64,000 nt of DNA from assembly GCA_034226945.1 (NCBI GenBank), contig CP120459.1, positions 868,001 through 932,000 of the forward strand. Reading direction: 5' to 3'. Shown one piece after another: positions 23,898-35,769 of the stretch (within the stretch, counting starts at the first letter, position 1; the number at the start of each line of letters is the position of its first letter). The notes under the pieces were generated by a model, which was given only the letters and a program-made list of their open reading frames with translations, searched no databases and was not told the DNA's origin. This DNA comes from Picochlorum sp. SENEW3 (taxonomy: Eukaryota). Position numbers and translations under genes: made by a program.

Positions 23898-25151
23898 ATG
23901 AGAGCTCTAAGAAATCATCAATGCCAGCTCTACGAGACCACTGGTGGTGGTGGAAGGAGAAGAGCCAGAAGAAAAGGCACAAGGCTCTTCTTCCACGACA
24001 GCTACAACATGCCGCCCTTGTCTTCAAAACTGAATGCATCGATTAATGAATATGAGACTCTACCTGATACATATCGTCGTCTAGTTGCCAAGCACACTGG
24101 AGAATCGTTCCGTGACGTTGCCACGGTTGTCAAAGAGAACATGTTTAACCCGGCACATCTCGAGGATGATGAGCGCATTGTTCGCGTTCTATATGCTGGA
24201 GTCAATGGCGGTTGTGAAACGTTTAGGTGTCGTGGTGAGTATGCATTCTCTCGTAATAAAGATGTGCAAGGAACGTTTCCACTTGGTGCAGAGGGCTGTG
24301 GAGTTGTCGTAGCAGGCCCAGCAAGCGCAGAGGCGAGTACTGGCTCTTCATATGATGAAGCATCCACATTACCAGTTGGGAGTCATGTGATGTTTGTCGG
24401 TGGCGCGTTCAGCGAATACGTCAAAGTGAAAACATCTCAATGTCATCTCATTAAGATGAGTTCAAAAGAGATGACTGCGCTAAGGATATCAGGTCATGTA
24501 GCGTACGCTGCACTTACGCACGTGGGTCACATGAAGAAAGACAATGTAGTACTGGTGACAGCAGCAGCTGGGGCGACTGGTAGTTTTGCTGTTCAATTTG
24601 CAAAGGACTGTGGGTGCCATGTGGTTGCAACGTGTAGGAATTCAGACAAGGCTGACATCCTCCAATCGAGATATGGTGTTGATCGCGTGATAAATTATTC
24701 GTTAGAGAATATAGAAGATGTTTTACGGAGCAAGTATGGCGGATTGATAGATATTGCATACGAAGGTGTGGGGGGTACAATGCAGGCTTTGGCATGGGAG
24801 AATCTAGCTCCAGGGGGTAGACTCTTGTCTGTTGGATACATCAGTCAATACCCGCACGCCCACTCTGGTCCTGTACAAAGCTTCAGTGATTCTCTTCCAA
24901 GACCAGACGAGCTCTTTTGGAAGGGGCAAACAGTGGTGGATGATTCCAAAACTGCATTTGGAAATGTGTGGCCGACTGATGCATCAGTACGACAACAGGC
25001 ACTTGAGCAAGTCTGCAATCTCTATGCAGAAGGGCGAGTGACGCCATTGATTGACGATGTGCGCCAATTTCATGGGATTGAATCAATACCAGATGCAATA
25101 GATTACATGCTGCTGGGAAATGCTATTGGGAAAGTCGTGGTGAGTTTATAG
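23898..25151 (+). CDS. MDR-family NADPH quinone/alkenal oxidoreductase (PTGR3/ZADH2-like)
   Basis: Motifs YAGVNGG, PLGAEGCG, VLVTAAAGATG, DIAYEGVGG, GKVVV. First ATG at 23898. Confidence 0.88.
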   Translation: MRALRNHQCQLYETTGGGGRRRARRKGTRLFFHDSYNMPPLSSKLNASINEYETLPDTYRRLVAKHTGESFRDVATVVKENMFNPAHLEDDERIVRVLYAGVNGGCETFRCRGEYAFSRNKDVQGTFPLGAEGCGVVVAGPASAEASTGSSYDEASTLPVGSHVMFVGGAFSEYVKVKTSQCHLIKMSSKEMTALRISGHVAYAALTHVGHMKKDNVVLVTAAAGATGSFAVQFAKDCGCHVVATCRNSDKADILQSRYGVDRVINYSLENIEDVLRSKYGGLIDIAYEGVGGTMQALAWENLAPGGRLLSVGYISQYPHAHSGPVQSFSDSLPRPDELFWKGQTVVDDSKTAFGNVWPTDASVRQQALEQVCNLYAEGRVTPLIDDVRQFHGIESIPDAIDYMLLGNAIGKVVVSL

Positions 25152-26298
25152 GCACCCATGCCCCATACATCATGGCCCGACTGTGACATCCTGATTCAAC
25201 AAACTCCTGTAATGGTGTCAATATAATAGGATGATTTCCGTACTCTCCATCCGTAGGCAAGTAAGGATGCGAATGCCCAAACGTAAACAGAATGTCATAT
25301 GGTGCTTCCATAGTCTCATCAAGCATGTCATCCAGCAGAAAATCATACCATGCTACAAACCTTCCCGGCCTTCCTGGAGACCCCGCCATCATGTGGAACC
25401 TAGGTGTCAATATTTTGAATACATCTTGCGGCATATGCTCTGGGAAATCCAGTGCATGCCTTGCCAAACGATCACACGTTGCTATTTCATTCCTTTTTGC
25501 TGTTTTGTCCACGCAAGTATCATCATCGCGGGTCATATTGTTGGGTGCCTCGTGGCAAAATGGGGGATACAATCCCTCACGATACAATTTCTGTACAATA
25601 TCTCCATACCGTCCAGGTCTTCTTCCACTCCTCTTGGCCAATGCAATGCAAGACTGGCTCACCAATTCTTCCATGGCCGTACCATGGATACCTTTGCTTG
25701 AAATCGTGATATACACCCTCACAGTCCTCCCAGACCGCCGTGATATTCCTCTAGATACGTCAATAATATTCACCTCACACGTGCACCATTGGTCTGGAAT
25801 TGCATGACGACTCACTGACAAGAGCAGTACAGGTGACCGAATGTCCATCCATACGACCTGACAATACCTCGCATTATCATCAGCGACGACATCTTTGTAC
25901 CCATCGTACGGCATTATTGCCATCGGTGTCGTATTTTCTTGGAATAGGTCGTCCTGTCGCATCCCCTGCCTCCTATAGTAGTATGAGGAACCCTCGTTTC
26001 CCTGTTCCTCGACGTCTTCTTCCAACTCAACAACACCAGGATGAAACAAATCCCCTCCCTCCTCCACATCAGGAATACGACTATCTTGCTCTGTTTTGAC
26101 ATGAAGACTTGCTTCTGGATACCACGATGACGCTAGAGCCTGCCACACGCCGTCGCCGCAGAGCAGGCGCCTATACTGAGCTTTGCTCGTCCTCCCAAGC
26201 GACACCACATCCCGCACCGAACAATATCTCAAAACATGATTGAACAATACGTCATCAGGCAAATTCTCTACAATGCTCCTGTGGGGAAACCCTGCCAT
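25123..26298 (-). CDS. F-box protein
   Basis: N-terminal LPDDVLFNHVLRYCSVRDVVSLGRTSK..W; the remainder is unrecognised. Confidence 0.75.
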   Translation of the reverse strand: MAGFPHRSIVENLPDDVLFNHVLRYCSVRDVVSLGRTSKAQYRRLLCGDGVWQALASSWYPEASLHVKTEQDSRIPDVEEGGDLFHPGVVELEEDVEEQGNEGSSYYYRRQGMRQDDLFQENTTPMAIMPYDGYKDVVADDNARYCQVVWMDIRSPVLLLSVSRHAIPDQWCTCEVNIIDVSRGISRRSGRTVRVYITISSKGIHGTAMEELVSQSCIALAKRSGRRPGRYGDIVQKLYREGLYPPFCHEAPNNMTRDDDTCVDKTAKRNEIATCDRLARHALDFPEHMPQDVFKILTPRFHMMAGSPGRPGRFVAWYDFLLDDMLDETMEAPYDILFTFGHSHPYLPTDGEYGNHPIILTPLQEFVESGCHSRAMMYGAWVPINSPRLSQ

Positions 26299-27230
26299 GT
26301 TTCAGTTACGGAAATTTCCCTTGGGTTTCAACAAGACGAAGTGAGACGTGTTTTGCAACGTGACATATTGTTGACCCCGTGAGCCAGCGAAATATTCCTT
26401 TTATTTGATTGAGGAAAAAAAAGAGGAAAATGAACAATTCTTAATCCTGCTACAAGGTAGCTGCCAGCTACAGTAGTCTACTAAGGGTTGGTCGGCGTTG
26501 ACATTCTCGACCAATGCACGCCTGGCGGAATCCAGATACTCTTGATCGCACTCATCCGAATCTAGGAACCAAATCTCTTGATTTTGCACAGAATCCTTGA
26601 GAATCTGTCAGAAGCTTCCTATGCGTCTCTTCAACACAAACTTCATAGTCCACGTTCTACCACAGTACCATTCGTGTCGTATTGATATAACCGTCTTTCC
26701 GTGGATTTCTTATAGACAAAGAAGATTACTTTGGACTCGAGGGTAATCATGGTTGCCACGCTCGGTCAATTGACCCTCACAATGAGGGCGCCTTGTACCA
26801 TGAGAGGGACGTTTTCCCGGTCTCCTGGGAGAATCATTGGAAGATCCGGTCGTTGAGATTCTTTGAGAGATCTCACCCTTCTGATCATAAAGCCTCCGGT
26901 CCATCGTAGCCATAGACCGGTCATAAGGTATTATAGTGATGACTAGACGAAAATCACCAATGGCGGACTGCACTACCACAACATCTATATGCCGGTCGCT
27001 TTTTCACAGCATAACTCCAATACCTACTGTATTTTATCATTACCATGCGAATTTTCCGCTTGGAGTGATAATCGTCGTCTTCAGGGAGTCAACCTTATCC
27101 CACGTGAGAAACTGGTATCGCGTAAGGTGTCGTATGACAGAGTCTGCAGGACGGAGAGATTGTCACACGAGCTCAGCGCACTTCAACTCTACACCTGGTG
27201 TATTGTAAACTCCTTACAGACGGATAGGAC

Positions 27231-28328
27231 ATGGTGCCAGCGACGGGAACCGAGGACGGCGTGCCTGACAAATTCAATTCGAGTGACACGCCTATTTCCT
27301 CGGATACCAGCGACACAGAGTCCACAGAAGACGGAGAACATGAGAATAATCAAGAATACAACAGTTCTCCCAAGGAGGATCACGAGAGTGGTGCGGGGTC
27401 GTCCCTGAAGTTTGTCTCCGGGGAAACGGCGAATAATCAGTCCGGCTCGCGCAAGGAATCTGTGCACAAGAGTGATGATGGTACTACTGGAAAATCTGAT
27501 ATAGTGAAGGGGCGGAGTCGATCCGCGTCGAGGAAGCGCACAAAGAGTGGAAGGTACACAAGTGATATCACCCTGGAGGAGATGCAGGGGTACTTTCACT
27601 TGCCAGCGTATGAAGCCGCACGTCGAATGGGAATTGGTTTGACGATTCTCAAGAGATTGTGTCGCAAGTTTGGGGTACAGCGGTGGCCGTATCAGAGGAA
27701 GCGATTTTCGGATATGAAGGAGGAAGAGTTGTTGGAGCATGCACAGGCACATCTCAGACAGCAGACAGCAGTGGCTCCAACAGGGCAACAGGAGCAGCAG
27801 CGGCCTGAACTCCATGCTCTTGTGGAGCAATTACTTGTGATGCTGGGAAATCAGGGGGCAACGCCATACCAGCCAGGATATCCCATGCCTTCATATCAAG
27901 GGGAAGGGCAGTTTCCAGGGTCACTGCCTCCTCACATTGCTGGACTCAGCGGTCCATCTATCGCATCCATGGCACAGGCCTACTTTCCTCCACAAGGATC
28001 TCATTCGGATGTAGTATTTCCTGCAGCGCAACCAGTGGATCACGCGCAGATGCATTCAGGGAGCATGCAAACGCAACAGTCGGAGCGTACAGGAACTGGA
28101 AATTATTTGGACGCTGTGCAAGCATATTGGAAGAGGCAGCAGGACATACAACAGGATCCAGGGAGTGCGTTCAGGCCCTTTTCGGATACACGCAATACAG
28201 ACCGTCCCATTGATACATCCAATGCATGGTTGTTGTCCTCATCAGGCCGCTTTGGTGGCACATCAGAAGAAGAATTCAGGAACAGAAATTTTGCAGCTCA
28301 TTATCGGAAAGAAGATGAACGACAGTAA
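27231..28328 (+). CDS. RWP-RK domain transcription factor (RKD-type)
   Basis: ITLEEMQGYFHLPAYEAARRMGIGLTILKRLCRKFGVQRWPYQRK, flanked by disordered S/Q/P-rich regions. Confidence 0.92.
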   Translation: MVPATGTEDGVPDKFNSSDTPISSDTSDTESTEDGEHENNQEYNSSPKEDHESGAGSSLKFVSGETANNQSGSRKESVHKSDDGTTGKSDIVKGRSRSASRKRTKSGRYTSDITLEEMQGYFHLPAYEAARRMGIGLTILKRLCRKFGVQRWPYQRKRFSDMKEEELLEHAQAHLRQQTAVAPTGQQEQQRPELHALVEQLLVMLGNQGATPYQPGYPMPSYQGEGQFPGSLPPHIAGLSGPSIASMAQAYFPPQGSHSDVVFPAAQPVDHAQMHSGSMQTQQSERTGTGNYLDAVQAYWKRQQDIQQDPGSAFRPFSDTRNTDRPIDTSNAWLLSSSGRFGGTSEEEFRNRNFAAHYRKEDERQ

Positions 28329-28607
28329 TGGATGCAAAGTCTTGACAATGCTCTACACTGCTGGGTCGCTCCTTGTTCGTAGGATGTCGACATGATACAC
28401 TCGGATTTTCATTCTCAACCCATGTTTCGTAGTTGTTTTCAGGCACCATTTACAGGTACAATGATGTGTACATAAGGGTATTTTAAATGTATTTTTGGGG
28501 GGGGGGGAGAAACATTCAATCTGTTAATTTTACAGAATACTATGAGCAGCATACTTGTAATTGCGGAATCGCAACTCTATAGATCTTCACAGCACAGTAT
28601 GCCATGT

Positions 28608-28987
28608 CTACTTGCGAGACCTCTTCCTGTCTCGCTTCTTTAATGCATCCATTTTTGCCTGCACACCACAATCTCCACCAATAACCTCGCCTCTCTTACC
28701 TGACATCATCCACAGCAGCATATATATACACGTACCCTGAGAATAGTCGCAAATGAGTCTTTAAACTTGTCCAAATCCCTCGTGGGAACTATCGTGCTAA
28801 TCTTCTTCTTCTTTCCATCAGTCGCTCGAACCAAGCATTTATACTCGAGATTAGATGTATCATTTTTACCTTTCAATGCCTTTTCATTCGTTCTCTTCAT
28901 AGTAAGAAAGACAGAGCCTCCTCCATCCCTGGAGGCATCATACATGCGATTAAGCTCTGTGAGGAATTTGCCACTTTCTAACCTCAT
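28608..28987 (-). CDS. SRP14: Signal recognition particle 14 kDa subunit
   Basis: Exons 28987-28736 and 28658-28608. FLTELNRMY..SVFLTMKR..CLVRATDGKKKKIST..AKMDALKKRDRK. Confidence 0.93.
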
Positions 28988-29444
28988 TCTGCTATATCAT
29001 CTACTACAGTTTATGTAATTAATGCAGTTGAAGTGGATATTTTTCTGTGGATTGGATGGACCAAGGTAGATTCAATGACCAAACGAAAGTCTCTGTAAAT
29101 AAGATATTGTGCATTTTTTCATGTTCATATTAATGCCAAAGAACGGATCTTATGCGTCAAATTTTAGGTATCGGAAGCGATCATGGAAGATACGTACTCC
29201 ATATAGTCTCTGTATCTTATGATTGAAAGCAGTCGTGCGTAGAATACCTCGCCCTTTTGTTCCTGTTGTTGTTGGACACTCGGCACTGCACTGAGTATTT
29301 CTACACGCTCAGAACGGAGGAAAGTCACTGTTTTTTCTATTTATACATATCTGTTACGCAAGAAAGGCGAGCAGGTATTCATTCGGTTTGGGTCGACCAG
29401 CGAGCAAGTCACTCACCTGAGAAGAGCAAGGCTTGGTTGTCATC

Positions 29445-31915
29445 ATGGGGAATTCGTGGTCTCGGTCGTCTTCTGCGGGGCAGCGAGCATCCCAGGGTAA
29501 TAGACAAACGTCGTCGGTTCGACGTGTGCAAGCAGTGACAGAGTTCAAGTATGGAGGGGCGTTTGGGAGAGGAAAAGGTGGATTGAGGCCACGGCCTGTA
29601 GGGAGTTGTCCTGTCAAGGAGGAGGATGTCACGTTCATCATGGTGCGTGCTGTGCTAGAGTGGTTTGTACGTACGATGAGGTATATATGGTGTATTGTGG
29701 TTGTAAATATTGCAGGAGTGTTTGGCGAATATGCTCTTGTTCACACATTTGAATACAGAGACTCAGCGGTCTGTAGTGTCTGGCATGTATGAACGATCTA
29801 TTCCTGCGGGGGAGATATTGATTCAGGAAGGTGATACTGGTATGGGTGCGGATGAATTATTTGTCGTTAAATCCGGAGAATTTGAGGTTCTTCAGAGGAG
29901 GACAGGAGTGAACATTCGTGTCAATATGAAGCATCGTGGGGATACATTTGGGGAATTGTCGCTCATGTACAACAGTCCTAGGTCTGCAACTGTGGCCGCG
30001 ACACAGGATTCTGTTGTGTGGGTGCTTGAAAGGGATACATTCAGGACTCATATTCAGATGGATGAGGACCATGAAGGCGCAGAGGACAAATCTGGCATGA
30101 CAACAGAGTTGTTTATGAATCAGGTTCCTATTCTGTCTCATTTGAGTAGGGAAGAAAAGCTAGAATTTTTGAGCAAGGTGAAAAAATTGGAGTTTACAAA
30201 GGGGGATATAGTTGTTCGAGAAGGTGATGTTGGTGACTGCTTTTACATTATTCAATCTGGTGAGGCAACTGTGTATCAACATTATGGATGTCATGGTGAT
30301 GTTGTTGCGCCATCAGAGAGTCAAAGTGAAGGGGACATTCATATTTCACCGCCACTCGAAGAGAGTGAGGAGCAAACGACGAAGAAGCAGCGCAAAATTA
30401 ATAAACTGTTCCAGGCAGATTTCTTTGGGGAGGGTGCCCTGCTTGATTCACAACCACGGAAAGCTACTGTTGTAGCTGATACAGAACTTGTGTGTTTAAC
30501 ATTGGACAAGGAAAGCTTTGATATTTTGCTCGCTCCTAATTATGAATTGTTGTTAAAGGAAAAAAGTCCTCATGTCGTTGGGACGAGATTGATGAAAATG
30601 GCATCAGTGGGTGGACCATCACGGCCACCTGCCATGGTCCATATCAAGCGCAGGAGGTATTCCAACTCCCAAGCTCAATGGGTATGGGAGATGGTTCGAG
30701 CTGTTGGACACTTGGATGAAGTTTGGGATTTGAACGCTTCCTCAGATCCATATAGTGAATCGAATTCGCCGACAAAGCATCGGGACGATGGGGACATTGT
30801 TCTGAAGCTGGTTGAAGGTGTTGTTCTTGGGAGTGGGGCATTCAGTCGCGTCTCTGTTGTTACAGAGGAAGGTTCCTCTCGAGCATACGCTTTGAAAAGA
30901 ATTCGTAAGACAGCAGTGATGAGGTGTCCAGAACATGTGTACAGTGAACAGTCAATCACGAGAAATCTGACGCACCCATTTTGTATCCGCCAATATGGAT
31001 CCTTCCAAGACAAGTACCACTTGTACTTTCTCTTTGATTTGATGACAGGAGGTGATTTGATGGATATTTTGGTTAGCGATGCATCTGCAGTGTCTGTTCG
31101 TGTGCATGGTGGAGGATTAAAACCAAGCTGCCTTGCCCCAAAAGTCAAAATGCTGAAAGGCTTGGAGGAGGGCGTTGCAAAGTTCTATGTCGCCTCTGTT
31201 GTACTTGCTTTAGAATATCTGCATCAAAATAATGTCGTATACAGGGATTTGAAGCCTGAAAATATATTTATTGATCAGCAGGGATATCCTAAACTCGGAG
31301 ACTTTGGCTTTGCAAAGTTGCTCAAGCCAAAGAAGAGGACATTTACATTCTGTGGCACACCTGGATACGTTGCTCCAGAAAATGTCCTAGCTCACGGCTA
31401 CGGGACAACTGTAGACTGGTGGGGGCTCGGCGTGGTAACCTATGTTTTACTGACGGGTAAACAGCCGTTTACATCTCCAAAGACCGACGATCAAATGGAG
31501 ATTATGCGACGGATTGTGGATAATTCGTTCAACATTTCATTTCCTCCATACTTGAGCAACCATGCCAAGTCATTGATCCAAGGCCTCTTGGAAAGGAAAC
31601 CATCAAAGAGGCTCGGGTGCTCTGGTAATAAAGTGAATGACATTAAAAACCATCCATGGTTTGATTCGTTCGACTGGGAAAGCCTTGCTGCCAGGAAAAT
31701 GATACCACCTCGTCAGCCAAAGGATGATGCTGCCAAGAGGATTCGGGAGTTGGCAGTACGTTGCGTTTATGAAACCGTTGCATTTGATGTATGACTCTAA
31801 TTTCATGCATACTATGTGATCTGTGCAGAATGGTGAAAGGAAAGGAGGCAACAGAGTCGCAAAGGAATCGAAAGAAGAGCTCATGGAGGCTACTAAAATC
31901 TTTGAAGACTTTTGA
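29445..31915 (+). CDS. Cyclic-nucleotide-dependent AGC kinase (PKG-like: two CNB domains plus kinase)
   Basis: Exons 29445-29642, 29716-31755, 31829-31915. MGNSWS N-terminus; FGELSLMYNSPRSATV and FGEGALL..PRKATV; YRDLKPEN, DFG, TFCGTPGY; C-terminal IFEDF. Confidence 0.92.
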
Positions 31916-31992
31916 AGACTGGATCCCAGGTACTATGTCATGACACAGTACACACACTTCTGACAGACTAATTTTCACTTTGAACTGTAAAA

Positions 31993-34900
31993 ATGAGTAC
32001 CATAAAGCAGAATTATCGTCTAGAGTCAAGATTGGAAGTATTTTACACTGGTGGGGCAGTGCGAACGTCTCGCGACGACAGCAAAGCGGCATGCGCTTGT
32101 CATGACGAGGTCAAGGTACGAAAACAATGCATTTATATATCGATACATCTTTGTAAATACGAGTCAGAAACCTGGATAAAGGTGGAAAATTTTGTTTACT
32201 TTCATGCATGTGCATCTCAAGTCGTTGCTTTCTTTCCAGGTTATTGATACAAACACAGGCAATGTACTACAGACATTTCAGGGGGTATGTTTTCTTATAT
32301 ATTCATCGAATCGTGCCGACTTAATGCCCTGATCTCTCTGCTTGGTGTGTACAGGATACAGAACCGGTTACTTCCTTGGCATGGGGCCCAAATGACGAGT
32401 ATATGATCATTGCATCGCGGTCTTTGCAACTGCGGGCTTTTTCGGTGGAGACTGGAAGACCTATTCGAAGTTTCAAGGTAGGTTCCATGGCAACAAGAAT
32501 GTATGCCAAGAATGTTTGCTAAACTGAATGCTCTGCTTTGCAGGACCATAAAGCACCTGTTGCTGACATTGCTATCGATGGGTCACAGACACTGATGGCC
32601 ACCGCGTCTGCTGATAAGAGTGTGAAAGTATGGGACATTTCGGGTGGTTATTGTACTCACTCATTTACTGGACATAGGTATGTTTGTTTTCTCAACACTG
32701 ATATATACAGGAGCGCAGGGGCAGTGCATGAATTGAGATCAGCAATCGTGTCTGATTTCCATCCTACTACTCAATTGCTGAAGTATACATCATGCTACAG
32801 TAAAATATCTCATCTGTACCACTGTTGATACTACCATTTTGAGTTTTTTTTGTCAATGTGTGTCAAATATGAGGTGATATTCTTATGAGACTATGTGTCA
32901 TTTGTAGGGGTATTGTGCTGTGTTGTATCTTTCATCCGTCTCAATTGCTGTTGATATCTGCTGGAGATGATTCTCAAATCAAAATTTGGGATCTCATCTC
33001 CAAAACATGCGTGGCAACCCTGCAGGCCCACTTTTCTGCAGTGACATGTTTATCCATCAGTGAAGATGGGTGGACATTGCTGAGTGGTGGGCGCGACGGT
33101 GTAGTAGTTGTTTGGAATCTGCGAGATTATTCAAAAGTTGCCACGGTACCTGTATATGAAGCGATCGAGTCATTAGTGTCCCTGCCTAAATCCATGTGCA
33201 AGAGTATCAAACTTGCATCTAAGAATGCAGTAGTTTTTGCCACAGGCGGTGAAAAAGGAGTCGTCAGATGCTGGAGATCTGATACAGCGACATGTATATC
33301 ACGTGAATTGGACAATATGCCAGCTCCTGCTGTTGCAGGGAGCATAGTAGAATTGTGTGTGTCACGCTCAAACGACACACAGTATGCCCTCACTGCAGCC
33401 ACTGAGGATTGCAGACTGTTGCATTTGGACATTCGTGATATGAGCATAGGTCTATATAGACAGTTTATCGGGAATAATGATGAAGTGACTGATGTGCGAT
33501 TCATTGCTCCTGCCCAGGATGGGCAGTCATCCAGGCTGGCAGTTGCTACAAATAGTGAGCATATTCATGTATTCGATAGTAACACACTCAGCTGCATTGA
33601 TACATTGAGTGGGCATAAAGAAGCTGTGTTGTCATTAGGATACATGAAGACGACGTCAGGAGCTGACTTGCTCGTCTCTGGGAGCAAAGATACTAGTGTG
33701 AGGGTGTGGGATGTTTCTGGTGGGCAAAAAGCAGCCTGTATCGCTGTGGGAACAGGTCATGTGAGTGCTGTCACGGCTGTAGCATTCTCAAACAAACCAG
33801 AATCCAAATTTGTAATTTCAGGAGGAGCAGACAAGCTTCTCAGGGCATGGAATGTCCCAGAGCCCTCCAATGATGCGTCACCCCAAAGCCTTGCTGCCAT
33901 TGCTGCGATACCCGCCCATGATAAGGACATCAATGCAGTCTGCATCGCACCAAATGATCTTTTGGTTGCGTCGGCATCTCAGGATAGGTCGATCAAAGTT
34001 TGGAAAATGCCAGATTTGACTCCAGTGACAGTCTTGAGAGGTCACAAAAGGGGTGTATGGTCTATTGCCTTTTCCCCAATAGATCAAGCTATTGTATCAG
34101 CATCTGGCGATAAAACAATAAAATTGTGGAATTTGAAAGATGGCACGTGCATGCGGACATTCGAAGGACACATTGCATCTGTCCTGAGGGTTCAAGTTTT
34201 GTCAGCAGGGACACAACTCATGAGCTCTGGAGCTGATGGATTGATCAAATTGTGGAATATACGGACAGCAGAAGCGGTTGCGACATTCGACGCACATGAG
34301 GATAAAGTCTGGTCGCTTGCCCTTGAGGATGATTCAGGTGACATTGCTGCTTCGGGTGGATCAGATGGTAGTATAGCAATTTGGAAAGACTGTACGGAAG
34401 CTGACAATGAGAACGCAGCCAAGGAGGCCGAAAATCTAGCGATCCAGGAGCAGGAACTTCAAAATGCTGTATATGATGGTAAATGGGAAGCAGCAGCAGC
34501 ATTAGCAATAGACATGGGGCGTCCTGGACAGCTCTTGGGCGTTGTCAAGAAGGCATTAGAGTACACCGATACGAAGCAGCCAAACCATATTCTTCGAAGC
34601 GTATCCAAATCGCTTGACAGTGATCAAATCAAGAAGACGTTGGAGTATTGCCGTGAATGGAATGCTCATAGCAAGAATTGCAATGCTGCTCAAGCCATGG
34701 TCCATGCCATCCTTCACGAACATCCTCAAGCAGATCTGCTGTCAATGAAAGGCCTCGATGGTATATTAGATGGTATAGAAGCATATACCAAACGCCATAC
34801 GTCCAGAATCAATCGCCTCATTCGGTCCTCATATATTGTTGACTTCATCCTGGGGGTCATGGGTGCCTTGGCACCAGCATCAGAAGCTCCAGCAACACCC

Positions 34901-35008
34901 TTCACGTTTGATGACGTTGACGACGACGATCGTATCAAAAGAAAAGACACAGAGGAAAAACCGAAGAAAGAAAAGAAAACCAGGAAACGAAGGAAAACAG
35001 TTATGTAA
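31993..35008 (+). CDS. UTP13: U3 snoRNA-associated protein 13 / TBL3 (WD40)
   Basis: Exons 31993-32115, 32240-32284, 32355-32477, 32544-32677, 32908-35008. Motifs FYTGG, IGNNDEVTDVRF, LRGHKRGVW, Utp13 tail AYTKRHTSRI. Confidence 0.93.
32724..32882 (+). ncRNA. Candidate intronic H/ACA-like RNA in UTP13 intron 4
   Basis: In the 230-nt intron: hairpin gcatg-aattgag-atcag/ctgat-ctcaatt-catgc, H-box ACAGTA, hairpin atctcat-ttgatac/gtgtcaa-atgaggt, terminal ATA variant box. Confidence 0.4.
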
Positions 35009-35024
35009 TTTACACATGGAGATT

Positions 35025-35544
35025 TTAAGAATCCAACACATCGTTAGCTTCTGACGCCGGCAACTGCAACGTCTCTCTTGGAACAATACTAGAGTCACTA
35101 TCCTTTGCTGGTGCAATCAATTTCGGTGCAATACCTTGCGCCACAAGTTCCAAAGGATGGCTTTCCTCAATCAGGTGATTCTTATACTTCCTGCAGACAC
35201 AGTCAATACAACTCTTTCGCGTCTCTAACACCATCCATATTCCATATCAAATCATACCTATACGTTTCAGATGCCATTGGCAGCCCCTTGGGTAGATTCT
35301 TTGGCGCAGGATCATTCCAATGTCGAAACGTATTGGGCTTATTCCAGTCCCCCCTTGCCCGGTGCAACATGGCCGTGTGTTTCTTCATTTCTTCCAGCAT
35401 TTTCACCTGCTCTGGGTCATTTTTATCAATTAATTTCTCAAAATCTGCGATTGTACCATCTAAATCCGTCTCTTGGCCAGAGACGTCGTTTGAGCCATGA
35501 GGGGAAGAAGTCAACGAATGCTCTTCCCTTCCCTCGTTATTCAT
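35025..35544 (-). CDS. Hypothetical protein (~150 aa)
   Basis: Exons 35544-35258 and 35190-35025; a 67-nt GTATGA..CTGCAG intron joins two ORFs in frame. Confidence 0.6.
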
Positions 35545-35769
35545 TTTTTCCACCACTCAGACCTTTATATACATCAAAATATACATACATATGGAAATAT
35601 CAATGAAAAAAACGACCGCACGCAGATATTCGTATCCAAAGCCTGTTGACCAGATTCAACATCCCTCTGAATGCCGGATGGTGGCACTTTGACATCTTTC
35701 TGTCTAAAGAATCACACAATTACATACGAAGAAAATAATCACAGGTATCTCTAGTGTACAAAGCCCTCT

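Noticed and set aside
26300..27230. Short ORFs and small hairpins upstream of the RWP-RK gene
   Set aside because: No recognisable protein or RNA motif; probably promoter or 5' UTR.
28497..28507. G homopolymer between convergent genes
   Set aside because: Isolated run with no associated element.
31901..31920. Tandem 10-mer tttgaagact at the kinase stop
   Set aside because: Simple local duplication; no inserted element to make it a target-site duplication.
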